Assembly (NCBI RefSeq): GCF_018350175.1
Contig: NC_058371.1
Span: forward strand, 103,292,001-103,356,000
Direction of reading: 5' to 3'
DNA: 64,000 bases
From: Felis catus
Taxonomy: Eukaryota
The position numbers were made by a program, and so were the translations under genes. This document shows positions 40,900 through 56,096 of the stretch, in pieces. The notes below the pieces were generated by a model. That model saw only the letters and a list, made by a program, of their open reading frames with translations, ran no database searches and was not told the origin of the DNA. Each line of letters starts with the position of its first letter. Within the stretch, counting starts at the first letter, position 1.

Positions 40900-41820
40900 A
40901 CACCTACTTACAAGCCCACTCATTCTCTTTCCTTTCTCCCAGCATAGAGAAGTGTCCCTTCCTCTCTCCTGAGAACAAGTCCTCCACCTGTGTACCTCCT
41001 TCTGATGAACACTTCTGACGTAGAGTATCCCTTCTCTTCACTCGATACTCACCCTCTCACACTCAACAGGGTTCTTGTCATTGATTTTAAACATTCACAC
41101 TTCTCTTTTCAAAATCGTTTCCTCTTGTTTCTACATCCCCTTGCAGCGGGGACCCTCTCTCCTTACTTGAATTGTCTCTATGCTGGGTCTCCGGTTTTCT
41201 CACCTCCGGCACACTCCTCAACCCACACTGACCTGGCATCTGGTGGTTCTCTTTCAGGCTACCAGTGCTCTCTGCATCACTAAAACACTCCAGGCTTTTT
41301 GGACCTCCTTCTGCTAGATCTGCTCAGCAGCATTAGGTGTTGTTGACAAATACCTTCGTCTTGAAGTGCTCTCTTCCTTTGTCTTCTCTGAAACCACCTC
41401 CTAGCCACTCATTTTCATTCCTTTTTTTGCAGCTTATACTTTTTTTTTTTACCCAGCTGTTGAATATTTGAGTTCCTTCCACTTGCTCTACACATGCATG
41501 TTTCCTTTTCCCTTTGCTAGATTCCTCTGTTTGTGTCCTGTAGATCTAAGCTAAGTCATCACATTGCCAAGAGGCCATCCTTGAACCTCAGATGAGATCA
41601 GCTCTCTCCATTATATACTCCGTTAGCACCATGTTCCTCACTGTCCTTGCATTCATCAAGTTGTTTTCCATTTTTTTGGTGATATCAATGGCTTACTCCT
41701 AGTCTCTAAGTTCTTTGAGGGTGGGTACTGTGTCTGTTTTATTTCAGTATGTTATACTTCATCTTAGCATAGCTCTTGGCACATACTTGCTTAATTTTTT
41801 TTTTCAAATGAATTACTTAT
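40900..41820 (+). mobile_element. L2 relic
   Basis: Pyrimidine-rich L2 text (ctcagcagcatt..cttgaagtgctctcttccttt; tggcacata). Confidence 0.65.
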
Positions 41821-42056
41821 CTCTATCAGAAGTGTTTCTTTGTTAAAATGAGAAAAAAAAAAAAACCAGTAGAATTAAAACTATTCATATTGAAAGCTTA
41901 CTGCTCTGAAATTATCTGTAGGTTATTCAATGTTCCCTTTTTGTCTAGGTTAATATATTTTATTTGGCTAGAAGTTATTTCAAATGTACTTTAGTTTTTT
42001 TATCAGATAGATTCCATTGTAGTGGTATAACAAACATCTTACATTTCGAGTTTGAT

Positions 42057-42612
42057 TGTATTAGTCAGTGTTCTCCAGAGAAGCAGAATCGATAGGATGT
42101 GTATGTATATGTGTAGGTACGTGTGTGTAAAGAGACTTTGTTAAAAGAATTGGCTCATATGATTATGGAGGCTGACAAGTCCCAAGATCTGCAGGGTGAG
42201 CCAGCAAACTGGGGACCGGGGGGACCTGATATTCTACTTCTAGCCTGAGTTTGAAGGCCTGAGAACCTGAAGAACTGAGGGTATCGTTGAAGTTTGAAGG
42301 CCCTCAGGCTTGAGACACAGCATGTGTTTTATCTCAAGTTCAAAGGCAGGAAAAAGCTGTTGTACCAGTATGGAGGAAGTCAGGCAGGAGGAATTCTACT
42401 CAGTGGAGGGTCAGTCTTGTTCTGTTCTGGCCTTCAACTGATTGGATGAGGCCCACCCATATTGTGGAGAGCAAGCTCTTATAGTCAGCCTATGGACTGA
42501 CATGTTAATCTTATTTAAAAACACTCTCACAGATACACCCAGAATAATGTTTGACCAGATATCTGGACACCCTGTGGTCCAGTCAAGTTGATATGTAAAA
42601 TTTACCATCATA
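42057..42612. mobile_element. Complete MLT2 (ERVL) solo LTR
   Basis: TGTATTAGTCAG...TACCATCATA termini with 5-bp TSD TTGAT on both sides. Confidence 0.88.
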
Positions 42613-42937
42613 TTGATCAAATGAACAAAATTTCTTATATGTTTCTACTTTTCAGTCTTTTTTTTTTTTTTTTTTTTTTTCTGTCTCATTAGTCTGAGGT
42701 GGTTGCCTTACAAACACTGCAATTCACAGGGCACATTTCATCTGTGCCTGACTTCTCAGTCACTCCACGTATTAAAGTGGCTTTGTCGGTCTACTTTTCT
42801 ACAGTTTTTCTGTAACACCCAGTGTTACAGCTCGGTTTGTTGCTTTCCATAACCTAATCTACCCTTTGCAGCACTGTCAGTTTGCTGATGTTGTGTTCCC
42901 TATTTTAAAAAGCCCACTCCCTTTCAATCTTATTATC

Positions 42938-43158
42938 TTTTTTTTTTTTTTTTAATTGTAACGTTTATTCACTTCTGAGAGACGAGACAGAGTGTGAGCA
43001 GGGGAAGGGCAGAGAGAGAGGGAGACACAGAATCCGAAGCAGGCTCCAGGCTCTGAGTTGTCAGCACAGAGCCTGATGCGGGGCTTGAACCCACAAACTG
43101 ACATCATGACCTGAGCTGAAGTCAGACGTCCAGCCGACTGAGCCACCAAGGCACCCCT
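42938..43158 (-). mobile_element. Can-SINE
   Basis: TSD tcaatcttattatctt / tcaatcctactatctt. Confidence 0.9.
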
Positions 43159-45506
43159 CAATCCTACTATCTTGTCTAAAACTTATTCAGCCTATAGGGT
43201 TTGGAGTGAATTTCAAAGGCTGTTGTGAAACCGTCTCTAAAAATTCCATAGCTGCTGCTGTCTGTACAATTGTCTTGGCCCTTGTTGCTCCATTTTGTAA
43301 TTTAACTGGGTTTGTTCTGTTTCCACCAAGAGTATGTAAAGGTCTGCAGAGCAGAAAACGGTATGGGTATTCTTGTGAATGTGGATGTTCTGCAGTGCCG
43401 TGCACATTATATATGGCAATAAATGCATTCAATGGACATTCAGTTTCTCTCATGTGTTTTTGAATTGACTTTTGGTATGTTGAGTGAGGTTCTCTTTCCA
43501 GGAAGCACATCTGCTTGTCTAATCTGTTCTCTTATTTCCAGTTGGTTGAAACACTCTCAATTGTTGGCTAACTTTTGAATTCTTAAGAATTTGTTGGGAA
43601 TGGGAAATTGATTCCCCAACCCTTTTTGTAGCAAATTCCACTTTCCTGAGTGACTCTCTTGCTTTTACAGTCTTATTAATTCAAAAGGAAATGACAATTA
43701 TTTTTCTCTTACTTAGTTCAATTCAGTGGGTCCTTTGTGGATAGCCTTCAGTGAACAAGGTGTTGAGTCAGGTATTGAGATTTACACATAGTTGGATATG
43801 ACGTAGTGCCTGCCCTCAGGGAACAAGCAATCTTTGGAGAAAGGAAGAGGCAAGGGGAAGGAGAGACCTGTGTTTAGCTAATTCTCATGCCATTTAGAAT
43901 AATGAATATTTTGGGAATGATAGTTTATATATAATTTGAGGATATAATCCCTTTCCTCGTGGAGTTTCCAGCCCATTTGGGGGATGCAGCTAAATAAATG
44001 CAGATCAGGGTGGTAAATACTTTGATGGGGACAGCATAGACAGTTAGGGAGGCATGTGTGGGGAACCTGTTGTTCAGACCTGGTAATATAATAATTTGGT
44101 GGGAATTATTTTTTCCAATGTGATAGGGACCAGTACTTGGTCAAGTAATAGAAAAAGTTTGTTCTAGTAGGGATCATAGAATTGGTATTTCAACCATTTT
44201 AACTTGTTTTATAAATATACATTGATTCTTTATTTTTTATTTTTATTTTTTTTTGATTTATGACCACAGCCTTCTTGATACTGAGTATAGGTATTCTCAC
44301 TAGAGTTTGCTACCATATTTTTTCATAACCACTCCTTATAGTATTCAGTTTTGCTATTTTTAAAGTAATATGAGTAAAGTTTCTTTCCTGCAAAGCAGCC
44401 TGAGTGTAGAATCCTTCCAGATTTATGATTCCCCTCATATTTTGTAATTGCTTTGCCTTCTGTAATTTGACAATTTTTTTAGACTCACCTTTGAGTCTTC
44501 AAAATGTACAACTGATTTTCTTTGAGACGGTTGAATATTTTCTTCCTCATATATCTTTGGCTTATGTAATATTGAGGTAAGTTACTAATTAAAACGACTT
44601 GTACAAGTGACATTAAACAGGTGTGGGAGCAAGCACAACAGACAGTTGGGACAGAAGCACACAAGTTAAGTGGTGAGGACAGAGGAATGAGGGAAAGCAG
44701 AGGGTAGGCTGCTGAGAAGACTTCTCTGGGCATCATTCAGCAGACTTGATGTAGAGTGTCAGGTAAATCTGGGAATGAGTTAAGTGGAGGCCACTTAAAA
44801 GAGTTTCTGATGTTAAATAGAGCAGATACGCTGTGAGAACACAGTATTTCCTCTAATTGCTTCTATGTAAAATAGCCGCTCTGTTCTCCGTAGCATAATC
44901 TTACTCTAAGATTGCTTGGCCCGTCAGTATTGACTTATAACTTATATCTAAGTAAAATAGCTGAGGTATAGTTTTTTTTTTTAATATTTGTTTGTTTGTG
45001 AATAGCCACTGTTTCTTAGGATCACACCATGTGTTTTCTATGTAACAAATTTTTCTTTTTATTCTTCTCATCTTTTCTGTTGACTCGTTTCTCCATGGTG
45101 TCAGATTTGTTCTGGAAGATGCCTCAAAGATTACTATCTTTGCTTGAGCCCCTCAGAGAAAGATAGCATATATGTTAGTGATCTGTAATTATCGTATTTT
45201 GTTTATGGACTTGGTTTTTTGTCTAATACAGTACTCATTCCTAGGAATCATATCAAACAATCTCCTTGATGTGTGGCTGATTATCAGCTGTGATTAGAAA
45301 AGAAATTATTTTATTTACATTTGTTTGAAACTTCCATTTTTTTAATAGGGCTTGACTAATGCATTGTAAACATGAAATTAACTTATTTTGCACCATTCAC
45401 TCTTTTAAATATACCTGTCATTTTCCGGCTTCACACTATTCTCCTTGATGTTTTCTTCTTACTCACCAAGAAAATAATTTTAAAAGTATTATTTTGCTTA
45501 AATCAT

Positions 45507-45922
45507 TGTATCAGTCAACTTTTGCCAAGAAGACTGTCCTACGAGCCTTAAAGTCTTAGTGGTTTATAGCAACAAGGATTTAGTTATTGTCCATGCAGGT
45601 GTGGGCTACTGGAGACTGTGACTCTTTCCACCATTCGGTTCCACGTGGTGAACCATGGTGTCTAAAGTAACAGCACTGACCAGAGACATGCGTTTTTCTG
45701 GCAGAAGGGAAAGAGCAGTGGCCCAAACATGTGACGACTCTTAAAGCTTTCTCTTGGACATGGTTCACTTCGCTTCCAGTCACATTTCATGGGTCAGTAC
45801 AAGTCACCTTGTCAAACCTGATACAGTACACGCCTCCCACAGATGCCACTCTGAGCCACATCACAGGGGTGCAGCCCCCTCCTCAGAGGGGAGTAAATAA
45901 ATAGGAATGCAATGTTCTATTA
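45507..45922 (-). mobile_element. MaLR MLT1 LTR relic
   Basis: tgtatcagtca..tcttagtggttta..cacatttcatgggtcagtacaagtcac. Confidence 0.65.
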
Positions 45923-45939
45923 TAGTTATGTCTCATTTT

Positions 45940-45988
45940 ATTTATTTTTAATAAAGTATTTTTGTATTTTTTAAATGTTTATTTATTT

Positions 45989-46030
<42 letters not shown>

Positions 46031-46192
46031 TGAGTGGGGGAGGGGCAGAGAAAGAGGGAGAGAGAGACTCCCAAGCAGGCTCCATGTTAGCACAGAGCCC
46101 GATGTGGGGCTCAATCTCTTGAACCATGAGATCATGACCTGAGCCTAAATCAAGAGTCAGATGCTTAATCAATGGAGCCACTCAGGTGGCCC
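45940..46192 (-). mobile_element. Can-SINE
   Basis: Perfect TSD agttatgtctcatttt. Confidence 0.92.
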
Positions 46193-47418
46193 AGTTATGT
46201 CTCATTTTAAATGTTTTTATTTTTATTATTAGATCGCTATTAATAGATATGCTTTGTGAATTTCACTATGGAAATGATTATTTTTTTACATTTTTCAGCT
46301 TTGTATATTGAGCTCTACAGAAATGATGTTGATACACAGGTTAAGACTGAATCAGGGTTTTTGTAAAGAAGAATTAATTGAGAAGATATTAAATATGGAA
46401 TTTTTCCTATTTCATTACATTTTCTTTTCTTCATGTTTACCACTTGTCTCCTACTTCTGTTGATAATCGAATAGGAGTCCAAACTTTTTTTCCTCCACAT
46501 TGGTATAGTTTCAGTTTGTAACCTCAAGCATTTTGAAGATGATTTCCTATCGTGTTGATTAGTCATTAGTTGTCTTGGCTGGATAATCTAAATTTTCACT
46601 ATTTACTACCTTTTCAATACAATGAATTGTGCCTTTGCCAGTGTCACAATCATGACTTCTTCTTATATTGTCCACATGTATCCTCCTAAATCACCACTAT
46701 CTGGATTATGGTAATAGCCTACCACAAAAAGTAAATAAAGGAAAATATCAGTAAACTTTTTACTAATAAGTACTTTTCTTTTGTAGACACGGCCTTTTAA
46801 TTTCTTTTTATTCTTTTTTTTTCACTATTCATTATTTGTAAAATGGTGAGCAAGTGTTATGAGTAAAGCTTACACTGTGGGGGATACCTGGTAATTCTTG
46901 TTTGCTGCCTTGAGGAAATTATCTTTGGAGAGATAAGATCAACATGTATTAGAATTTTACTGGTCATATGGATTAAATGACAAAAAACAGAAATAAATTG
47001 CAAGTGCCCAATAAACTTAAGGCATTATATATGGAGAAAACTCCTGGAACCTAATTCAGTAGTTTAGAGAGTTTCATGGAGAAGGATGAAAATGAGGTGT
47101 GCCTCAGATGACACTGAGGAGTTGTAGCAAGGAGGCTAGGTGGCATCTTTGCAATTGTACTAACACGGGAATAAATTCAGTATTTTCTGAGAGCAAGTAT
47201 ACCAGTTGGACTGAAGAACAGGAGGCAGGTTCATTTGAAGGACAGTTGAGGATGAGAGGACAAAGTGGGTTCAGATTATGGGAGTCTATTTGATAAGCCT
47301 TTAGAGCTGTACTTGAGGATGTGACTGGTTCTGTATGTTGAGAATCCTGAGCTGGGGCTGGAGACTGTGGGAGTTTAGAATTTAGAGTTTAGAATTTGGA
47401 GAGCATGATGAGTGTAGT

Positions 47419-47529
47419 TAGGGTGACCAACTGTCCTAGCTTGCCCCCGACTCTTTCAGTTTGAGCTTTGAAAGCCCCATGTCTTGGGAAACCCAAGTCA
47501 CAGACAAAGCAGATGGCTTGTCACTTTTA
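47419..47529. mobile_element. MER94-like hAT-Blackjack MITE
   Basis: tagggtgaccaactgtcc...gtcactttta termini; degenerate 8-bp TSD agtgtagt/ggtatagt. Confidence 0.7.
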
Positions 47530-47784
47530 GGTATAGTTCAGATATAGTTTAGTACGTTAACAAGTGAACAGAGTGTGACAACCCGAAATCCAAAGCAGTT
47601 CAGAGCTCTGGTAGGCAGGCAGTGGAATTTAATTATATTTTGGCTGAGGGCAGTTTGGCCAAATGGAATTTATCAAAAACAGCAATGTCAAAGCAATGTT
47701 ATGTGGCAGTTGGGTTGAAATAAATTTTGAAAAAAAGTGAATATTTTAACCACTGGCTTTCAAGTTTTGCATAGTTATAATAGT

Positions 47785-48050
47785 AATGATAATAATAGCT
47801 GCTACCATTCATAAATGCTTATCATTTATGCCAGGCACCTTACTAGGTTTTACAAATATTTTCACTTTTATCCTTACAATTCACCTATGACATAGGAATT
47901 ATTTTCTCCATTTTACAAATGAAGAAACTGGTGATTCTAGAAATTAAGCTTTTTGCACAGTCATACAGCTAATTAATTAATCATAAAAAGAGACTTTGAA
48001 CCCTGGCCAGCCCAAAAAAGCCTGTGCTCCTTAGTCACTCTGCAGCACTG
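47785..48050 (-). mobile_element. MIR
   Basis: tgccaggcac..ccattttacaaatgaagaaactg..gtcatacagcta. Confidence 0.8.
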
Positions 48051-48426
48051 CTTTCTGGTATCAAGGAACCAGGTTTGTTTATTATTTATTATTTTATTTT
48101 ACTACAAAAGTAACACTTATTAATTCTATGGACTAGCAGAAGAGATTCTGCAAAATACTTAGAATTACCTCTACTTAGAAACAAGTTCTGTTAACATGTT
48201 TGTTGATATATTTTTCTTTTTGGGGCATATTATCTATCTACCTATCTATCTATGTATTTATCTAACTATGTTGATACATATATGACATGTTATTTTATAG
48301 AAATTACATTTGGTAAATTTTAAAACCAATTGTTAGGCATTTAATTTTTTCCAATTTATATTATTGGACATGTAGGCTGCAACATTTTGATGGTATAAAC
48401 AGCTTACGGTAGAAATAATTAGCTGA

Positions 48427-48583
48427 GGGGCATCTGGGTGGCTCAGTCTTTTGAGAGTTCGACTTTTGATTTTGGCTCAGGTCATGCTCTCACAGTTTGT
48501 GAGTTCAAGCCCTGTGCAGAGACCACTTGGGATTCTCTGTCTCCCTCTCTCTCTGCCCCTCCTCAACTGTATCTCTAGATAGG

Positions 48584-48622
<39 letters not shown>

Positions 48623-48637
48623 ATAAACTTTAAAATA
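48427..48637 (+). mobile_element. Can-SINE with (TAGA)n tail
   Basis: TSD aattagctga. Confidence 0.9.
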
Positions 48638-50110
48638 AGAATTAGCTGAAAATAACATGCAAATAAATAAAGCAAAACGAAACAAGACTAAAAAACAAAA
48701 ATTCAAGAGCTGAATAATAATTGTAAAACCACTCACTCTATGTTGTATCCCAACACAATGAAAACCACTAGCTGAGGAATATTTGCTTTTGAACAGATCA
48801 TCATGTTGAACAGCCTTCTTGCAGCTAACAGGTTTTCAGCAAAATCACCTGGAGCCCATAACAGGAACCATAAGCAGGACCCCAGAACCCAGGCAGAGTC
48901 AGGGAAGGCACTAACCCCTAAAATGTAAGGAGTGATTCTCTTACAGAAGGAACTGTGTTCAGGGGAAAAAGCCACAAACCCAAAGATGGGAAATAAGAGC
49001 TGTAATAAGAAGTAAATTTCAGGATCAAAATATTAAAACAGTCATCAAAGCTGGAGCACAAGGTTAGAATCCCAGGACTTTGAGTCAATACCCTTTAAAT
49101 CCTTCTTGCCAAAGGGCAGGCGATTGGGGCTGGGGTGAGCCGATAGGTAAGGAATATTGGAGTTCAAGAGAACTCCAGAGATTAGGAATCTGGCAGCGTC
49201 TGCCAATGGGAAGTTTTGAAGAAAGAGAATAATATAATGAAAAGTTGTGATTAACTTAGTGAAGTGTAGGCAAGGAACAATTTAAGAGGATACTTCTTAA
49301 AACTATTGTGGTGGCAAATTGGCTAGGCACTGGTAAGAATTATATAATAAAGCTATCTAGGTATTTCTATTAAATAAGTAGATTGGAGTAATACCATGAC
49401 ATTCCTTTTACCATATTTTTGGCATATAGACAAAACATGTAGTTGGTCCTTGGTGGGTATAATGCTATTGCTTTTTATTAAGTCAAGGTTTTAACTGGTA
49501 TATTAAAATTTTCTTTTCTTATGGAGCCCCTGAATGGCATGCTGTGTCTTATGACCAAAGTTTAAGTTAATGTTATCATGTTTTAAAATTAAAAATGATT
49601 TTTTCTTGGTGCTATGAAGGCCATCACAAAATTGATTATTAATATTCTCGAAAGATGCTTCAATTAAATTTCTTGGATATTGATCAGATAAGCACTAAGA
49701 TTTATGATTGTGTTCTGACATCTTCATTAGGTGAGTCCTTTGTTGCTTTTGGTAACTATTAACAAGAGGTTTCCAAACCCTGGAAATTACCACTTCTGAG
49801 TTCATTTAAAAAGAGGCCTCTCTTTTGCTGAATGTCTGCATAGTTTTTGCTGGTTGGTTTGTTTATTTTCTTGCACAAAGTGTAACAATTGAATAGAAGT
49901 TAATTGTGTTCTTAATTAGAAATCACTTTAGGTTTCTGGAGGTTTGAAGTTACAAAAATTGCAAGGATGCTGTAAATATAGAAACTTCCTTTAATTAACT
50001 GTAGCTGATGGTTAGATTTGCTTCAGTGCTTTGAACTTTTGAATCAAACCTTTCTTGCCCAATAACGATGAATTTAATCATCATTTTTGTCTTTTCCATG
50101 GAATTTTCTA

Positions 50111-50124
50111 ATATATGTATGTAC

Positions 50125-50163
<39 letters not shown>

Positions 50164-50170
50164 CATATAC
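50111..50170. repeat. (TA)n microsatellite
   Basis: Seen directly. Confidence 0.95.
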
Positions 50171-51037
50171 CGTTTTAAAGATTACAAAGATTCTGTTTGT
50201 TGTAAAAAACAAAACAAAACAAAACAAAACCTGAAACAGTGGAATATAAACTACTCTTTCTCCCAGCCTCCAAATGATAACTGTATAATAGTTTGCTGCA
50301 TCTTTTCCCAGCTTTTCACAGGGGTTCTGCTTGTGTGTACACAATATACACATACACACATACATATGTTACACATTCCTCGTCCTCTAGTTTCCCTTCT
50401 CCAGCTCACCTTCTCCCTTCCCCCTCCTCCTCTGTCTCCTCCTGCTTAACGCAAGTGCTGTGGTGATACTGCCAGAGAGAAGGCTTTGTTCTATGTTCTC
50501 TTCCTTACTAAATTTCACTCCTTGGTGGAGCTCACTGTCCTTGTCCTCTTCTCCCCTTGCCTACCATCAAGGTTCAATAAATTCAGACTATGTTTTGCTT
50601 CTCTTTATCCTCAGCAGCCAAAGTAGGAGCCGTCCCAGAACAAATCCTCAGCTATGTAAGAGACAGCAATTCTGGGTGTTTCTCTTGGGGACAGCGAGCT
50701 AAGCAGCCCCAGTTCTGGCTTCCCTGGTGATTGGCCGAAGGCCCAGAGGGGTTTTTTGTACCAGTTCATTCCAAGTGTGAAGTTCCTCTGGGGTTTCCTT
50801 GGGAAGTAGGTTCTTCTTTGTAGTATTTTTCTTGTGTCTGTTATGGGTTGAGATTTCTTCTGCAGTAATTATCTATCATTTCAAACCTGATTTCTAATCT
50901 CCTAGAATTTTCTGCAGAATTTTTTTGTGTTGTTAGTGGAACTTGTTTTCTTTTCTTCTCTCTTCTGTCATTTTAGTGGGATTTAGGTACACATGATGAT
51001 TCAGTTAATACTTTGAACTTCCCAGGTGCCTGGTTGT

Positions 51038-51113
51038 TTTTTCTTTTTTTTATCTTTTCTTTTTTTAAGTTTATTTATTTATTTTGAGAGGGAGAGAGCA
51101 TGAGTGGGGCAGG

Positions 51114-51147
<34 letters not shown>

Positions 51148-51273
51148 CCCAAACAGGCTCTGCACTGTCAGCGCAGAGACTGACTCAGGGCTCGGATCCG
51201 TGAATCATGAGATCATGACCTGAGTTGAAATCAAGAGTTGGACATTTAACTGACTGAGCCACCCAGGTGCCCC
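51038..51273 (-). mobile_element. Can-SINE
   Basis: Complete copy about 550 nt upstream of exon 4. Confidence 0.9.
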
Positions 51274-51828
51274 ACCTGGTCTTTTTTTTTCTATTTCTGG
51301 TCTAGGGTTTTAGAAGTTCTTTCAGGGTTTGTTTGCAGTTCCTATGGCTTATGTTATAACTTGAAAGTTTTTTTTTTTCTTCCAGTTTTGGATTTAATAT
51401 TAATCATAGTTAGATCATTGATATCTCATTGCTCTCTGTGCAGAAATGACACCATTACTTAACAGACTTCTTTCTGCTGAATTTACAGGCATCCCCAAAA
51501 TGTTATGACATTAGGCAAATTAACAATGTGAAATTCACTTTTAGTAATTTAAGTATGCTTTCATTTGATATATATAAATGTCACTATCTGTAATATATAT
51601 TTGTACTTTATTTTCTGGGTGACTGAATACTGTCAGTTTCCTTTTTCAGTATCTGGATCTGTTGGAGATATAAAAAAAAAGAATAGTAATTTTTAATGGG
51701 AACCTGGTACTCAGTGTATCTTAAAATTATTTCTTAATTATTATTAGAAACAAACAAATGGTTCAACATTTTTTAAATTATTGAGATATATTTGTAATAC
51801 AATAGCATATTTTTTAATTTTGTCTCAG

Positions 51829-52003
51829 GAAGGAGAAAACATTTTCTATTTGGCAATTGAAGACATAGAAACAGATACAGAACTTCTGATTGGCTACCTG
51901 GACAGTGACATGGAGGCTGATGAGGAAGAACAGCAAATTATAACAATGATCAAAGAAGGGGAAGTTAAAAATTCTAAAGGACAATCAACAGCTGGCAGAA
52001 AAG
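51829..52003 (+). CDS. PRDM5: PRDM5 exon 4: end of PR domain ([23 protein letters not shown]) and acidic linker
   Basis: tctcag|GAAGGA acceptor, AAAG|gtattg donor; 175 nt, phase 0-1; in frame with previous exon; PR C-terminal motif ELLIGY. Confidence 0.96.
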
Positions 52004-54218
52004 GTATTGCCTCTAATTGGTGATCTGAGACCATAGAAGTTGTAGAAGAAATATAGTTTGAACTGCAGTTGACTTATAGTTGTGTTATAATAAGGTGTTC
52101 TCAAAATGAAGTTAGCTTTTGTGAAAACTACTCTCAGAGAGTAGCCAGCTGTAAGCACATCTTTCTTCTAGCAGAAGGAGAACGCTGGGTGTGGGTGATC
52201 CATGTGCCCTGTAGAGCTGCCAAGGTCAGCACCAGCTCCTGACTCTCACTGCTCTCACTGGTACAGTGGGTTGGCTAGGAATGAGGAGTTTTGTGCTCCA
52301 GCCCCGCGTCTGCCACTCATCAGTCTTGTACCGGGCAAGTCACTAACTCTTTGAGACTTTACTTTCTCATCTGCACATGGGGAAAGGCAAGTGCAGAGGT
52401 GTGCAGAGGGTACTGCTGGACCCTAATGGACTCTTCCTGGGCCTCCCTCTTGTTTGAGATCCTTTGAGAATCTGGAGCTTATGGAAATCTCTTTCTGTTC
52501 TGAGCATAGAAGCCTGTAGGATTGTTAGGTTGTTGTAGTTGGGTAACCAAAAATGTGTGTTCCGGGAGGTCTGATCTGCTTAGATCAATCCTGTAATCCA
52601 GGAGATGTCGCTTGTTTGCCATCTGCTGGGGAATAATCAATTATTATTGGGGCTTGTTTCTATTTTATTGTGTTATACTCCTGATGGGATTTGAAGGAAA
52701 TATGAATGATGTTAAAGGTATTCATGTTTTGTAATAGATTGAAATTTACCATAGAGTATTTTTTTCATTTTCTTTAGCAAATCTGCTTCAAGAAGTGACA
52801 CTGATTTCTTTAGTCACCATGGTAGTAATATCTTTCATATGAATTTTCTACTCCAACTATATGTCACTGGCTGAGAAAGTATAAGCATTCCTAACATTGC
52901 TAGCTTATGCTTCTGTTTCTTTATTTCAGTTGGATTATTTAAGGGAAAGATGAGGACAGGCTTTCTGTTCTATCTTTCAAATATGTATTTTGCTGTTTCA
53001 AATTTCAGACTTTGGGTAATAGGTATTATTTTTGTATTATTCTGTATTTTCTTTTTGGGGAATATTTATTTATGTGAATTACAAATTTATTGACTACATT
53101 CCCTATGCTATACTTTTTGTATTTATTTTTTAAGGTCCCTCCCCCCACCTCCAGGGCATATTATTTCTGTGTCCACTATTTTAGCTTAAAAATGGGTCTC
53201 CTGCTTATTTATTATCACCCTGATTTTTCCTTAGTTAACAAATATCAAATTACAAATTGTTTTTACTTTTGTAAAAATAATCAATGGAAACTTAAACAGA
53301 TTTTGAAAACATATGAATCAGGTACATACATTATTGCTATTTTTATTTTAGAAATCAGTTGTTATTTAATAAAAGCACCCCTTCCCCCCAAAAAGGCCAC
53401 AACACAAACAGAGTAACCAAACCACCAGCAAAAAGAAACAAATAATCCAATCCAATGTCAAACAATGGAGAGCTTAGTAAATAATTATGTTTTTTTTTAT
53501 TTGACTTGGGAAAATGTTAAATGGAAAAAAAGAGCAACAGATGAAATTGAATACAAAGTATGATCATAAATGTAGTTATTCTTAGACTATAAAATATGAA
53601 TGGACAAAAGGCAAATCAGGCTTGAGAATATATTAAGTGGTTGTCTGTTCATTGTGGGATTATTGGTAATTTTTATTTTCTTCATATTCCCTGAATTTTC
53701 TAAATCTAATCTTATTTAATAATCAGAAAAGAAAATGTGATGTAAATAGTGCACTTTGAGAAATTTGGGTGGATCCATGACAGTCCTTAGGGACTGACAA
53801 GCCAGAGGGACCATGGAATCTCACTCACTACACCTGCTGTAATGAGTTCTGTCTTTATGGCCTCAGTCTCTTTCACGTGTACGTGAGATTCCCCTTAGTA
53901 ATTCCACATAGTTTTGCCTTGGTTGGATTTTTTCTCTTTGTGAACTCAGTGAACTCAAGATGACCTGTTTCAGGGAAAAGTTTTGCTTTCTCATTCTACA
54001 TTTGCAATAACTCTTTCATGTGAAAAGTTAACATTATAGGTAAATTAAAAATTGATTTTGATTTTGTATTAATTTGCTGAAACACCAATGAAGTGAATTA
54101 AAAGATAAGGTACTTCTAGTAACACTTCCTATTATTTTTCATGGACAACATTAATAATACTCAGAGAGATAATAAGAATTTATTCTTCTGATACTATTAA
54201 ACACAATTTTGATTTTAA

Positions 54219-54497
<279 letters not shown>

Positions 54498-54546
54498 TAA
54501 CCTAACACTTTCGTTTTTAACTATTCTATTTGATTTGTTTTATACG

Positions 54547-54580
54547 TGTGTGTGTGTGGGTGGGTGTGTGTGTGTGTGGG
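54547..54580. repeat. (TG)n/(TGGG)n microsatellite 80 nt downstream of exon 5
   Basis: Seen directly. Confidence 0.9.
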
Positions 54581-55535
54581 TATCAGTGATGGAGACAGGG
54601 GGTGGGGAGGAAGAAAGTAAGCATTCTATATTGTCATTGTCATTAACTTATCTTTTCTTAGTATAATATGGTGATTTTTGAAACATTCTGATTATGAACT
54701 TCCAACAAGTAAACATTATTTATGCTAATAAGTCTTTGTCCATTTATTTACTTGCCATTAAATATCAAATCAAGCTCATTGATTTACTATTCAGAAATTC
54801 ATTTATGCATAATTTAGTGCTCTGAGGTCACAGATCAAGTTTCAGTTGTCTGCATTTGATATTCCCTCTGGAATCAGTGAAGAGTTTTAAGAAATGAAGA
54901 GAGTTTAGAGAATAAAGAATACGGGGACACTTGGGGAAGCACTGTTTATTTCTTAGCAACTTAGGAGGAATAATTTGAAGATGAATAGATATAGGCTGTC
55001 ACATGAAGATGAATTAAATGATCCCACACATTGCTCGGTACCCTTTATTATTTTGACTCTTTATATTAACAGCATATAAATTTATCTTTTTACTTAAATA
55101 TTTTACAGGATCATTAATTATTAAAAGTGAGAAATTAGATACGTGTATTTTTTATTTTAAGAATGTCACCTTGTATATGAGCAAGAAAGCTTTCATGTTT
55201 ACTATTTTAATATATGCATCTACTTTTGCTTATGAAATTTGAAATGAAAAATTTCTGCTCAAAACTTAAAAAAATTATAATAGCAAGAGATTAAACATTT
55301 GGAAATTTTGTTATAGGCTCTTGAAAAAAAAACAAGCCAGGGCTATATACTTTTTAGAGACTAGATGTTAAAACTGCATTCTAGTCAGCTTTTATTGAGT
55401 TTACACCAAAGATACTTTTGCTTAGTCGGGTCTTATAGTTAAATTAGGTACTACCAAAAATTAAAGGGACAAAAAACAAAATGAAAACAGAGATCACCAA
55501 CAGGATTTTATTTAAAGTAGAGATATTTTTCATAA

Positions 55536-55697
<162 letters not shown>

Positions 55698-55895
55698 TGA
55701 GTTATCACATGGCTGTTACATAATCGTGGGTCATTTTTGGCAGGCATGCTTTTTATGCTTCTTAGTGATTAAGTATCACATGGCTACAAGATAAGTGCTT
55801 TCCTTTTTACCTGCCCAGGTAATGCATGAAATGACCCAGAAACTCTACTAGAGAGCATGCATTGCAAAAGCCTGTTGTGCTGTTAGACTTCATAA

Positions 55896-56096
<201 letters not shown>
